Below are positions 7,010 to 17,229 of a DNA stretch of 46,108 nucleotides, one piece after another. Location of the stretch: IMG/VR virus record IMGVR_UViG_3300048629_000047, positions 1 to 46,108 of that record. One strand, 5' to 3'. The position numbers and the translations under genes are program-made. The notes below the pieces were generated by a model. It had not been told where the DNA came from, did not search any database, and worked only from the letters and a program-made list of their open reading frames with translations. Position 1 is the stretch's first letter. Every line of letters starts with the position of its first letter. The DNA is from a virus (Duplodnaviria > Caudoviricetes).

Positions 7010-8347
7010 CTATTCGGGCGGCACAACGATGAGCCGCTTGGTTATTGCGTTTCCGCCGCATTTGTCGCAGTAGGTGTAAAGCGTGTTGGTCGCCGGAACG
7101 AGACATAGATAATCCGAGGTAGTATGCGTCGCATCGGTCGCGGGGTTCGAACCGCTCGCGGCGGTGAGTTTTACACCGTCCGCGTAAACTGTGAAAACCC
7201 CAGTGTTTGAGCGGGTGACAACGATCCTGGCACGGGCGGCCAAAGAAATCGTGGCGTTGGCGGTGGTCATCAAAGTCGACGCAACCGCGCCGCTGGTGAT
7301 TCGCTGCAATTTGAGCGCGCCGGATGAATTGATTTCGACCTGAAAACCATTTTGTGCCGCGGCATTGTACGCACCCGCGACGGTGGCGATGATCATCGTC
7401 GAGGCCGCGCCGGTCGTCGAAAACTCCCACGTCCCATACGCCGCCTCGGTCGCGGAATGGTGCATTGAGATAGTCCGCGCTGCGAGTACGCCGGTGCCGA
7501 CACAGTTGATCGATTTCGTGCCGTCTGATTCGGTGATTTTGTGTGTTCCCGAGATTACCTCGAACAGGGAATTTGAGAGTTGGCCGGTGGTGGTGTTGGT
7601 GACTAACTCTACACCGGGGGTTGTGTGCCAGAGGGCTGTCGCGGCTTTGGCATATTCAGCGGCGAACCAGTCGGCTGATTTTACTTCTTTGTAGATCTGG
7701 GGGGCGATGATTGAAGCTGCCGCGTTTTCAATTGTGGCAGAAATGGAATTCTCTCCTAAAAATCTAAAACCGTCTGCATCGACTGCCGCGAGATAAAACA
7801 ACGTAGTATCTGCCAAGGTTCCAGCCGCTACACCGTCGATATACAATGTAACTAATGTAGATGCATGGTCGATAGTGTAACCAATATGCACCATTTTGCA
7901 GAGCATAGATGTTGTCGTCGTGATAGACACATAAGCAGCACCGTTAAAATGCGCATATTTAATCGTGCCATTATGTATAATGGCCACGCCGCCGTTACCT
8001 GTTTGTGACCAGTTGGCTCCGCCGACGCCTTTACAAAAAATTGGCGCTGTCACCGCAGGCACCGCACATGGAAGTGCCCACCCACAAACCGTATGCGATT
8101 CCGTCCTCGGGTTTAGTTGAGTCGCATCAATCCCCGTATCAATCGAGTCGTTACCGCACCCACGCACCGCCGGACCGAGTAAATGCGGCTCGGGAACCTG
8201 CCCGGTCAACGCCGCGTCATTACCGTAACTCGACACGTCCAGAATCTCACCTTCGACGGCGCGACAATTATACCCACCGTAGAGATTATTCGAATCAGTG
8301 ACCTGGACGTTGGCGCAAATCGCCTGGTGCGGTGCCTGATTGGCCAT
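7010..8347 (-). CDS. Virion-associated protein with ConA/LamG-like domain(s)
   Basis: HIGYTID...VTLYIDGV and IVVTRSNTGVFTVYADGV LamG-like strands; Thr/Ala/Gly rich. Confidence 0.65.
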   Translation of the reverse strand: MANQAPHQAICANVQVTDSNNLYGGYNCRAVEGEILDVSSYGNDAALTGQVPEPHLLGPAVRGCGNDSIDTGIDATQLNPRTESHTVCGWALPCAVPAVTAPIFCKGVGGANWSQTGNGGVAIIHNGTIKYAHFNGAAYVSITTTTSMLCKMVHIGYTIDHASTLVTLYIDGVAAGTLADTTLFYLAAVDADGFRFLGENSISATIENAAASIIAPQIYKEVKSADWFAAEYAKAATALWHTTPGVELVTNTTTGQLSNSLFEVISGTHKITESDGTKSINCVGTGVLAARTISMHHSATEAAYGTWEFSTTGAASTMIIATVAGAYNAAAQNGFQVEINSSGALKLQRITSGAVASTLMTTANATISLAARARIVVTRSNTGVFTVYADGVKLTAASGSNPATDATHTTSDYLCLVPATNTLYTYCDKCGGNAITKRLIVVPPE

Positions 8348-8748
8348 TAGTTGATCGCCTTCGTCGCCTTCGCGGCAACAAACGTGTCCCCATAGTCCTT
8401 AAACGTCCCGGTCTTGGCCACGACTTTCGACGTCGCGTAATCGATAATCGCTGCGTCCCCGCTGACTTCCGCTTTGACTTTCGTTTTCAGCGCGGCCACA
8501 GTTTTCGGCTTACTGTCGCTGGACATTGCCGCATCACACGCCGACTGGACCGCCTCGATTTTGTCAATCGCCGGGCCTATCAAGTGATGAAACGATTTCC
8601 CTTTCTCGAAATCAGCGTATATCTCGTGCTTGATTTCGAGCGCGCCTTTACCCTGAGCGTACAAGTCAAAGATCTTTTTTTCCTGTGTTGCGTTGAGTGA
8701 TTTCGTGATTGGTTTTTCCACTCCGCGCTCTTTTCTGTTGATGATCAT
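8347..8748 (-). CDS. Hypothetical protein in late operon
   Basis: Abuts neighbours; AGGA SD. Confidence 0.75.
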   Translation of the reverse strand: MIINRKERGVEKPITKSLNATQEKKIFDLYAQGKGALEIKHEIYADFEKGKSFHHLIGPAIDKIEAVQSACDAAMSSDSKPKTVAALKTKVKAEVSGDAAIIDYATSKVVAKTGTFKDYGDTFVAAKATKAIN

Positions 8749-8757
8749 TTTTAAATC

Positions 8758-10116
8758 CTAACTCACAATCAGCGCGCCCTTGGTGTCAAGGGTGTCGCAA
8801 ATTGATTTCATTGTTGACCTTGTTAATTTCTTTCCCCAGACGACGACGCTGCGGACATCGCCGTCGTCAAGGTACTCGAAATCCTGATGGTTGTTATCGC
8901 CCGCAGCACCACGACCTAATCTAAAATAGATAGCCTGAGCGCTCACTACCTGGTTGACGACTATTCGTCGCGTGCGCCCGCTGGCGGTCACGGTGTATAG
9001 TGAGCACTTACTCTTACTTAAATCGTTTACGATAAACAGATTTAAAACCCCGCTGAACGGTGTCGCGCTTGTCCAGGTCCCTATTGTACCATTGACCTCA
9101 AGTTGTATCGAGCTTCCGTCGCTGGCGACTGATAGCACGTTTCGACCGAGCGAAAACAAAGTGTGATCACCGCTTGCTGAATTGACGTCGACCTGGATCA
9201 TAATCGTGTGAGTGTGCGCAGAAAAATCAGCCGTGAAAGGAGCTTCGCCGAAATCGTCGGCTCGAAACAAGCGCTTATAAATTGTGTGAGCGTTGATCGT
9301 GTCGCTTCCGATAGCCACTCCGCCTGACATCACCATGTCGGCCCCGGCCATTGTGTCCACTGCGAGGGTATCGACACCCGCCGATTCCTGGAACGCCCAG
9401 TAATTCTCAAGCCCGTTCGAAGCGGCGACGCCCACGTCGGAATAGAAATCGTCGGTGGTTTCGAGTACGTCCCCATAATAGATATTGCCGTTGTCTGTTT
9501 CGACAACAGCTTGCGCCTGGAACGTGTGTCCCGCTGTAACCGTTGCGGTATCTGAGTAATCGCCGACCGCTGATAGTGTCGCGTCGCTCGTGTCGGTCCA
9601 AGCGCTTCCGCTCGTCACGTCACGCCAGCGAAAACGCACTTTGACACTTGTCTCTACTCCGAGGTCATCAAGCGTCCCGTTGAGCGTGAGTGTAGTTGAT
9701 GCCAGCGATGGGGTTCCAGTACTGATAACAGGGATAACAATGTAATCCTCTTTGACGCCCGACGCCTCGGTGAACGTGTATTTACCGTCAGCGTTGAGAA
9801 TTATTTCAACGCCTGAGCCCTGAGCGCACAAGCGCATCGCGTAAAATTCCGCACCGTAGGCAGAGTCACTAGGCACAGCAAGTTTTAAAATGAGGCAATT
9901 TTCGTCGTCGCTCATTTTTTTAATCAACCAAGATTTCGGGTAATCAGTAAACGTCGAAGCGGCGGGAACAGTGATAGTAACGTCGCAAGCAGAGCAGACA
10001 ACACCGACAGCGTAATCGTCGGAGGCCAACGTGTGATCAGAGGTGACGGGTTTACCGCCGAACGTATAAGGATAAACTAATTTCTTTTTTACGTTCTGGG
10101 AAACTAAGGAGGTCAT
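8758..10116 (-). CDS. Virion-associated protein: FN3/Ig-like domain plus LamG-like domain
   Basis: TLTLNGTLDDLG...VRFRW...YYGD (FN3-like); LENYWAFQESAG...GDVRSVVVWGKKLT (LamG-like). Confidence 0.65.
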   Translation of the reverse strand: MTSLVSQNVKKKLVYPYTFGGKPVTSDHTLASDDYAVGVVCSACDVTITVPAASTFTDYPKSWLIKKMSDDENCLILKLAVPSDSAYGAEFYAMRLCAQGSGVEIILNADGKYTFTEASGVKEDYIVIPVISTGTPSLASTTLTLNGTLDDLGVETSVKVRFRWRDVTSGSAWTDTSDATLSAVGDYSDTATVTAGHTFQAQAVVETDNGNIYYGDVLETTDDFYSDVGVAASNGLENYWAFQESAGVDTLAVDTMAGADMVMSGGVAIGSDTINAHTIYKRLFRADDFGEAPFTADFSAHTHTIMIQVDVNSASGDHTLFSLGRNVLSVASDGSSIQLEVNGTIGTWTSATPFSGVLNLFIVNDLSKSKCSLYTVTASGRTRRIVVNQVVSAQAIYFRLGRGAAGDNNHQDFEYLDDGDVRSVVVWGKKLTRSTMKSICDTLDTKGALIVS

Positions 10117-10953
10117 TTAGGGAGCCTCGTACGTCCAGACGTCCGTCGCGTTCGAAGCGTCGGAGCAAACCCACTCAACCATGATTTGCGAAAACGCAAG
10201 CCCCGTATCGAGCAACGCGATCCCGTCGTTATCGACCTGAGTTAAAGAGCCTGTAAACTCCTTTGTTACGTCCGCCCATCCCACCAAACTAGACGTATCA
10301 GCGGTCTCGTCGTTCGATGCGTAGATCTTCAAAGTCACGCCTCCGCTGATATTCCATTGGATCGAACCATGCAGGAAAGCCTTGCGGCTGTAGAGTTTGC
10401 GGTATGTCGCGGCGGCCTGGTTGGACTCGTCAACAAAGTGAATCCCGCCGCTGTACTGTTCCTGCGGGGGGTTGACGACCTCAACCCTGAGCGCGCAAGA
10501 CGAAGTGTTGATCACCGCGTCGAGGCTGTCCATACTACCGGCGTTCATGATTTGCGCGGTCACGTCGCCGATGGCGTAAGGTGCTCCGCCCTGCTTAAAC
10601 TTGTACTCTATTCGGATAAAATCCGCGTCGGCGATTGTGGACTCGCCCTCGAAGCGCGCCTCGACCATGGCGTTTGTAACCGCGTCGAGGGTCTTCGTAA
10701 TCGTCGGCAAATCACCGATGCTTTTGAGCACCGGCGTGAGGATGACCTCGGTTCCCGCAGGCATGGTGCCTACCACAACGATTCTCACAACCGCTTGTGT
10801 CGCGGTATCAGCCTCCACGCCGAGGCCGTTGTGCAATGTGTTAAAATCCGAGTCAACATCGGTAGTACTGCCACCCGCAGGGATAGGCAGAGAGGTGCTT
10901 ATGTCGACCTGCGTTCTGCGGCCATCGGTGACTGTCACCATTCTATGTCCCAT
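10117..10953 (-). CDS. Hypothetical beta-rich structural protein
   Basis: Abuts gpD-like gene; long ORF in late operon. Confidence 0.7.
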   Translation of the reverse strand: MGHRMVTVTDGRRTQVDISTSLPIPAGGSTTDVDSDFNTLHNGLGVEADTATQAVVRIVVVGTMPAGTEVILTPVLKSIGDLPTITKTLDAVTNAMVEARFEGESTIADADFIRIEYKFKQGGAPYAIGDVTAQIMNAGSMDSLDAVINTSSCALRVEVVNPPQEQYSGGIHFVDESNQAAATYRKLYSRKAFLHGSIQWNISGGVTLKIYASNDETADTSSLVGWADVTKEFTGSLTQVDNDGIALLDTGLAFSQIMVEWVCSDASNATDVWTYEAP

Positions 10954-11960
10954 TATGAAATCCTTTCAGCGTCTACTTCGCAGGTCCACGAGTCGCTCAA
11001 ATTGTGAGAGACTCGCGTAACTAAAAAGTCCCCGGTTATAGGCCGTAGACCCTCAATTCTCAATATAGCACCCGCGATTAAATTTGTGTTACCAACTGTT
11101 GTATAATTTACAACTTGTGTTGTTTGACTATCAACGGCCATCGCTACGGCCCTTGCGGCGTCTGGGTCCGCGACCTTCGCTAAAATATTATTTACTGTTT
11201 CGCTTTTTGAGGTCGCGACGTCGCGCCGGTGTTTTTTGTCATGTGTGCGCTTGCCCGTGCGCGGATCGTAATAAGACACCGCGTAATCGGTAGGCACGTG
11301 CGTGTTGTCGGCCACCTCCAGATTCCAAACAGGGTCTTTTGTTACGTCGATTTTTACCGTGGGCGACAGGCCACGCATCGAGAACAAGTTTGTAAAAATC
11401 AAAGTCGAATCGTAAATTTTTACGTAACAGCCGAACATGTCCGCGTACTCGGAAACCACCGCCCCCACTGCTTGGTTCTGAATCGCGACGTTTTTTAAAT
11501 TGATGTTCCAACCGCTCAAAGGGTCGCGCATGAAATTGTAATTCAGATCAAAACCGATCTCTTTGAGAACATCCTGGAGCAGCACCGCGAGCGTCACGCG
11601 CTTTTTTGAGTAGCAGATCTGATAGTCAAAACCTTTCATTTCGGTGGGCTTTGAGTTTGCGCCAATCGTTATATAATCGGGTTGAATCCCAAAAGGCCGC
11701 GTGTCCACGAAAAGCGCGCCGCTGTTGACTGACTGCGCCGGGATGACCGAGCGGTCGATTATCTCAAGTTCAATCGGTGTACCTTTTGGGAACAGCTTGT
11801 AAAGCTTGTCAGCGTAAAAACCGAAATTAACATTAATCGTGTCGGAGGAAAACCCCAGGTTATCAGTGTATTCGACGTCTTGAATGCGCTGAATGAAATC
11901 TCGATCAAGCTCTTTACCGTCAACTTTTATCGAGTAATCAAACGCCATTATTTTCGCCAT
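10953..11960 (-). CDS. Baseplate hub, P2 gpD / Mu gp44-like
   Basis: YTDNLGFSSDT, VGNTNLIAG, GDFLVTRVSHNL; follows gpU/gpX-like genes. Confidence 0.8.
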   Translation of the reverse strand: MAKIMAFDYSIKVDGKELDRDFIQRIQDVEYTDNLGFSSDTINVNFGFYADKLYKLFPKGTPIELEIIDRSVIPAQSVNSGALFVDTRPFGIQPDYITIGANSKPTEMKGFDYQICYSKKRVTLAVLLQDVLKEIGFDLNYNFMRDPLSGWNINLKNVAIQNQAVGAVVSEYADMFGCYVKIYDSTLIFTNLFSMRGLSPTVKIDVTKDPVWNLEVADNTHVPTDYAVSYYDPRTGKRTHDKKHRRDVATSKSETVNNILAKVADPDAARAVAMAVDSQTTQVVNYTTVGNTNLIAGAILRIEGLRPITGDFLVTRVSHNLSDSWTCEVDAERIS

Positions 11961-14287
11961 TCCTGCGCGGGCGCTGCGTCGTTCGCGGGCGCTGCGTCGG
12001 TCGGTATCTCAATCACCGCGCCTTGCGGTACATCGAGGCGAGCCTTTATCTGTACAGGTATCCTATTTGCGTCTTTAATATCTCGGATTTTAAAGCGGTC
12101 TAATCGGTCCCACCGCGTGTCAAAAATCAAGTGCTTAGAAGTGAGCGGTACGTGGTCATCAATCGCGCACGCGCCTTTCAAAATCACGTTACTTGTGGCC
12201 GTTTTTATCTCGCAACTTTCCTCGGGAAATCTGCCGCTGCACAAGCCGCTCCAGTACCGCTGCGCCGCCGCGTCCGCTGTCGCCCACGTCTCGCCATTGT
12301 CGAGCGAGCGCTGCACGCGGTGCGTACCGTTGCCTGCTACGGTCACGAAGGAGTTATCCTTCGAACGCGCGAGTTCGTTCCAGGTGTTCTGCTCGGCGGC
12401 TGTTGTGAGCGTCCAAGACACGCCACCGTTGGCCGAGTACATCGCGCGGTGCGTACCCGTGGTCGATACCGCCGCGAAGCGCCCCGCGCCGTAATCCAAC
12501 CCGTACCAGGGGTTATTCTCAGGCAGCGAGTAACTTGTAAAATTGACCGCGCCGTCTGTTGATACCGATACGTGCCCGTCACTCGTCAACGCAACCCATG
12601 CCCCGCCCCCGGGACACACCGACGAATACAGATAAGTATTCGCGACAGAAGACAACCAAGTCACACCGCCGTTTACTGAGTATTTAATCCGATTAGTCCC
12701 CGCCCAAGACACCGCGACAAACACACCGTCTTGGCCATTAACTTCAATCCAGTTATTCGACCCGGCAACGGTAAAGCTAGACCACGTAAGGCCTTCGTCG
12801 GTCGAGCGGAGCATTTTACCAGCTTGTCCGACGATAATCCAAACACTATTATCATAAGTCGCGTCGCTCCAAAAACCAGACGAAGTTAAAATCGAGGTCC
12901 AAGTTTTGCCGTAGTCCGTGGACCGGGCAACGTGATCACTTGAGCCGTAACCGACCGCTATCAGTACACCGTTGCCCTCGGACACGGTGATATAACCATC
13001 GGTAAAAACCGGCATATCGTATTCTGTCCACGTCTCGCCGTCGTCGAGCGACCGCATACTTTTACCAAGCGGCGCACCGCCCCCGCGCGCGACGGCGACA
13101 AGATAATGATCGGCTTTTTTTGTTTTGAAAACATCTGTTGCGATCTCCCCATCAATACCGCCGCTGCCGAGCGCGTGAAATTTAGTATCGATTCGCAGGC
13201 GACACTCACCGAACGAGTATGCTTGTAACCCTGTCGATACAAGGGCCGTAACCTCGCCGTCGTAAAACACACCGCGTTTTGTTGCGGTCGCGAAGCGCGT
13301 AATCGAGGTGAGCTCTACGTTATTCAGATCCACGGTGAGCACGTCGTAAGAGGGGTTTGAGAACAGGTGTAAAAGCGCGCCGTCGTAAAGCAGCCCGTTG
13401 TCAGCGGTCGCCGCGAGGGTGTGTTTAACACCGCTATAAACAAACTCCCCAGCGTTATCGATTACGCCGCCGATTATTTCAGCGTTCGCGCCGTTTATCA
13501 TTGTCGCGAACAACACACCCAAGCGTGCGCCGGTCGGTGAGTCAATCACCGTCACGTTATCCAGATTCGCCGCTGCGCCGGTGTAAGTCGATTGAAGGAT
13601 AAGGTTATCAGCGTTCGTTTTCTCGACGCTGTACACGCGCGCTGCGCCCGTCACAAATGAGTAGTCACCAAGCACCGCAACCGCAACACCATTCGCGGTT
13701 GTGTTTTTCGACACTACGGAAAATTGACCAAAATTATCGACGCTCAAAAGCGTAAGCGCGACGGAGTCTACAACATACAAAGCCATCCCGTCCGCATTAC
13801 CGCTTATCCCTAGCACCTGGACCGCGTTTGGTTTGACGGAATCGAGCAACGTTAGCGCGCCGAATTGGTCCACCTTGAGCGCGTGAATCCCGTCCGCGTT
13901 AGCGAGGTATAAAAACCTCCCGTCGTAATAAACGCGACTGTTTGATGCAACGGTCAACGGTGTGAACGCTGATAGTTGTGTGAGCGTACCGCCCGAATCA
14001 CCGAGCGTCACAACGCCTAGGGACGTGCTGGCAACAAAGATAAAAACGTCGCTCACGCACACGTCTACTGTGTTCACAAGCGACGTAAGGACGTCGGCGG
14101 TGTACTCGAACGGGTCCAGCGTTTTGCCTATCGCGTCGGTAGCAGTAAACTGTCCGGTCACCTCGACATTATTAATGAAATGCTCTTCGTCGGATTCGTT
14201 TAACACGTGCATGGCACGCGCGGGAGCGACGCCGCCGCGCGGCAGGCCAGGGAAAGAAATTTGAGAGGGTGCGATTTTTATTGTCAT
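11948..14287 (-). CDS. Multidomain tail protein: Ig-like domain, LVIVD-like propeller, Asp-box/BNR propeller, C-terminal gpX/LysM-like domain
   Basis: Seven SxDxGxTW-type Asp-boxes; C-terminal RWD...DAN...VPQGAVIEIP...W; ATG 14287 overlaps the gpU-like stop. Confidence 0.7.
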   Translation of the reverse strand: MTIKIAPSQISFPGLPRGGVAPARAMHVLNESDEEHFINNVEVTGQFTATDAIGKTLDPFEYTADVLTSLVNTVDVCVSDVFIFVASTSLGVVTLGDSGGTLTQLSAFTPLTVASNSRVYYDGRFLYLANADGIHALKVDQFGALTLLDSVKPNAVQVLGISGNADGMALYVVDSVALTLLSVDNFGQFSVVSKNTTANGVAVAVLGDYSFVTGAARVYSVEKTNADNLILQSTYTGAAANLDNVTVIDSPTGARLGVLFATMINGANAEIIGGVIDNAGEFVYSGVKHTLAATADNGLLYDGALLHLFSNPSYDVLTVDLNNVELTSITRFATATKRGVFYDGEVTALVSTGLQAYSFGECRLRIDTKFHALGSGGIDGEIATDVFKTKKADHYLVAVARGGGAPLGKSMRSLDDGETWTEYDMPVFTDGYITVSEGNGVLIAVGYGSSDHVARSTDYGKTWTSILTSSGFWSDATYDNSVWIIVGQAGKMLRSTDEGLTWSSFTVAGSNNWIEVNGQDGVFVAVSWAGTNRIKYSVNGGVTWLSSVANTYLYSSVCPGGGAWVALTSDGHVSVSTDGAVNFTSYSLPENNPWYGLDYGAGRFAAVSTTGTHRAMYSANGGVSWTLTTAAEQNTWNELARSKDNSFVTVAGNGTHRVQRSLDNGETWATADAAAQRYWSGLCSGRFPEESCEIKTATSNVILKGACAIDDHVPLTSKHLIFDTRWDRLDRFKIRDIKDANRIPVQIKARLDVPQGAVIEIPTDAAPANDAAPAQEWRK

Positions 14288-14811
14288 GCGGTCACCCACT
14301 CTTTCAAGTCAATATCGATTTCAGCAAAAAGAATTTCACCGTTGGTTCGGTGCTTTTCGCGAACGTTAAAACTCTCAATCGTAAAATCACCGCGATAAGA
14401 ATCACCAACGTAAAAAGGTGCGGGCTCCTGCGAGTCATGCAGCGCGCGGATCTCCTCGATGTATTTTGTAACATCCGTGTAAAGGCGTTCGTCTTCGGAT
14501 TTGTCGCCCATTCGATCACCAACGAGTTTGCCCGCACCGAATGATAGCGCAACTTTCCCGAGCACACCGGTTGAAATAATCTCGAAAACCATCGTTGAGA
14601 TTTTAAGTGAAAACGAATAGGTCTCAAGCTCAAGCCCGGATACCTCACGCAGCGGCTTCTGGCCCTGATACTCTCCGTTTGAAGCTGTCGTCACTATCCG
14701 AGGATGATCTGTGAACTTGGCTGATTTACTGCGTGACAGCGAGCCGTAAACGGGCGACGTTAAAAATTCGAAAACAATATCACCGAGCGAGCCCCATACT
14801 AATTTGCTCAT
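14284..14811 (-). CDS. Tail tube initiator, P2 gpU-like
   Basis: WGSLGDIVFE, KPLRE..GLELE, G.FTIESF, IDLKEW; follows tape measure. Confidence 0.8.
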   Translation of the reverse strand: MSKLVWGSLGDIVFEFLTSPVYGSLSRSKSAKFTDHPRIVTTASNGEYQGQKPLREVSGLELETYSFSLKISTMVFEIISTGVLGKVALSFGAGKLVGDRMGDKSEDERLYTDVTKYIEEIRALHDSQEPAPFYVGDSYRGDFTIESFNVREKHRTNGEILFAEIDIDLKEWVTA

Positions 14812-16736
14812 TTAAACGGCCCCGCTTTCGGACTATTACCCGTGTAAAGTGTCGACGTACTTTGATTCCAGGATACCGCCTCGCGCTTGCGTTTGCGCTG
14901 TATACGTTCTAGAGCCTTCTCCATTTCGCGTGCTGCATCGCGCGCTGCTTTCTCTGTTGTCGTATTCGGGTCCGACGACACGTTGACATTAAGCGCGTTA
15001 ATCAACATATCGCCGACCCCGCCTCCGCCCGCTGCTACACGTTTTTCTTTCGCGTCCGCCGCTTTGTAATACTCGGTCTGCGCGTCCATGATTCGCCGGT
15101 CCTGCGCCTTCGTGTCGAATTTCAAAGAGCGCACGGAGCTTGTCGCATCATCAACTACGCCGAGATCTTTGAGCACGCCGAGAACGGCTTCGTGTAAATA
15201 AATTATTCCGTCAAGTATCTCGTTGACCGCAGCCATTGCGCCATATTTCATTTGTTCCCAAATGATCGTCCACGAGTACCCTGTCAAAGAAAACTCTTCT
15301 CTGAACGCGACAAACGCGACGATTGCGCCCACTATCAGCGTAGTTATCAGCACGAGAGGGTTAGCGAGCATCGCGACGGTGAGCGCTTTAAAAGCCATGG
15401 TCACGCCCTTAATAACCCCCGCTATACCCAACGCAATTTTAAGCGCACCGAGGCCGATAACCAACGTAGCTGCAACGGTCCAGATTTTTACAAGCGTTGT
15501 TATCAGGCCCTTATTCTCTTGCGCAAACTTGCCGACGCTTTTGATGATCGGCGTCAACTGTTTGAGCATATCGGTCATGACCGGCGCGGCTGCGCGCCCG
15601 AAGTCCTCCCAAGCCGTTGCGAGGTTTTGCATAGTTTGACGGTATTTAAAGAGCGTCGTCTTACTCATCTTGTCGGCTTGTTTTGCCATAAGCCCCTGCG
15701 AGTTTCGCACTTTGTCCGTAGACTCCGCGAACTTCTCATTCGCAATCGTAGTAAGGGCGATAGCGGCTTTGCTTGCCTCGATGCGTCTAAAGACTTTGCC
15801 TAACATTTCGGCGCGCTTCGCCTCGCTGTCGGTGTAGTTATTGACGCCCTCGACAATGTCTTTAAGAGTTCCCTGCAAACCTTTTTGTTTAATCGTTACC
15901 GCGTTAACCTCGACGCCTAACTCTCTAAGCACCGCGCGCGCTTGCGAGCTGGGTTTTTGCAACGCGGTGAGCACACCGACGACTTGCGTCATGGATTCCG
16001 CCGTTGGATTGCCAACGGAGGTCAACGCAGCGATAGCGCCCATCGTTTCATCAAAAGCAATCCCCGCGCCCGCCGCTGTTGACGCGACGTTACCAAGGGA
16101 TTGACTCAATTCTACAACGGTTGTTTTACCGGCCTGGACCGCCGCGAACATTTGATCGCTGGCCTGTTCGAAGGTCATCCCCGAAGCCTGCCATGCGTTA
16201 ACCACCGTGGTTATTGCGTCAGCCGCGACGGCCATGTCAGTCTTGCCACCGACCGCAAGATTACCGGTCGCTTTTAGATACCTGTCAACCGCTTGTTCAG
16301 TGACGGGGACGCCCGAAGAAATACCGTCGTAAAGCGCCTTGATTGTGCTTTGAGCGTTTTGACCGAACGTCTTTCGAGTCGCATTAACTATCCCGCCGAA
16401 CTTGGCTTCTATCTGCGCTGCTGTCAAATCGGTGAGCGTGGCGACCTCCGCCATACCCTCCTCGTACTTGCCGAACGCGCGCGCGGCAAGCGCAACCGGC
16501 GCGATCATCGCAGCGCCTATTCCGGCGGTCTTCATCCCACTAAAGATCTGATTTTGGCCTTTACGAATTTGGGCAGCCGACGCAGCAAAGCCGGTCCGCA
16601 TCTGTGCGAACGCGACTTTCCACTGGCCTTCAACGCGGTTGGCGACGTTACCGCTTGTCACCTGCATCTGTTTCAAGCCGCGTGTCAGCTCGTCTTTGAG
16701 TACGAGCCTTAATGCTGCTTCGTAGACGTCAGCCAT
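14808..16736 (-). CDS. Tail tape measure protein (TP901-type core)
   Basis: ALYDGISSG, SDQMFAAVQAGKTTVVELSQSLG, helical Ala-rich with hydrophobic segment. Confidence 0.92.
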   Translation of the reverse strand: MADVYEAALRLVLKDELTRGLKQMQVTSGNVANRVEGQWKVAFAQMRTGFAASAAQIRKGQNQIFSGMKTAGIGAAMIAPVALAARAFGKYEEGMAEVATLTDLTAAQIEAKFGGIVNATRKTFGQNAQSTIKALYDGISSGVPVTEQAVDRYLKATGNLAVGGKTDMAVAADAITTVVNAWQASGMTFEQASDQMFAAVQAGKTTVVELSQSLGNVASTAAGAGIAFDETMGAIAALTSVGNPTAESMTQVVGVLTALQKPSSQARAVLRELGVEVNAVTIKQKGLQGTLKDIVEGVNNYTDSEAKRAEMLGKVFRRIEASKAAIALTTIANEKFAESTDKVRNSQGLMAKQADKMSKTTLFKYRQTMQNLATAWEDFGRAAAPVMTDMLKQLTPIIKSVGKFAQENKGLITTLVKIWTVAATLVIGLGALKIALGIAGVIKGVTMAFKALTVAMLANPLVLITTLIVGAIVAFVAFREEFSLTGYSWTIIWEQMKYGAMAAVNEILDGIIYLHEAVLGVLKDLGVVDDATSSVRSLKFDTKAQDRRIMDAQTEYYKAADAKEKRVAAGGGGVGDMLINALNVNVSSDPNTTTEKAARDAAREMEKALERIQRKRKREAVSWNQSTSTLYTGNSPKAGPFK

Positions 16737-16737
16737 A

Positions 16738-17229
16738 TCAGACCTTAAACGTTTCTAGCCTAAGTTTGAGCGCGTCAAGGGCACTCAAACCGGGCGGTAA
16801 TGCGATTGACAAATTCATGGTACCGCCGCCGGGCGGGATAGTTGTCGTCGCCGAGAGGAGCAAGTCAAGCGTGCTCACAAGCAGATCAATCAACTCTTGC
16901 GACTGATTCTTGATCTCGATTTGGCCTTGTGCTGTCTGTGTTATCGAGATCGAACCGTTATCACTAACGATTTCTTTTTCGCCGCTCGGCGAGGGTAAAG
17001 GTTGATTGTCGCTGGCAATCGCGCCAAGCAGGTACAAGTCCCCGTTATTATCAGCCGCGACAAGTACGTCCGCCCCGACTTCGGGGAGCGCCTGACTTGC
17101 GGTGTTGGTCCTGAGGGGCATAACCTCTTCGATAGGCTCCGCGTCGCCGGAGGCGTGCAAAGTCACGACCGCGTAACCGTCCTTATAGCCGATCACTTTC
17201 GCGGTCTGAATTTGGTTGCGGATCATCAA
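16738..17229 (-). CDS. Baseplate spike, P2 gpV / Mu gp45-like
   Basis: OB-fold motif LPEVGADVLV...YLLGAI. Confidence 0.75.
   Translation of the reverse strand: MMIRNQIQTAKVIGYKDGYAVVTLHASGDAEPIEEVMPLRTNTASQALPEVGADVLVAADNNGDLYLLGAIASDNQPLPSPSGEKEIVSDNGSISITQTAQGQIEIKNQSQELIDLLVSTLDLLLSATTTIPPGGGTMNLSIALPPGLSALDALKLRLETFKV

Noticed and set aside
7002-7430. N-terminal 143 aa of track ORF 6681-7430
   Set aside because: Overlaps the LamG gene in another frame with non-protein-like composition; ATG 7001 has an SD.
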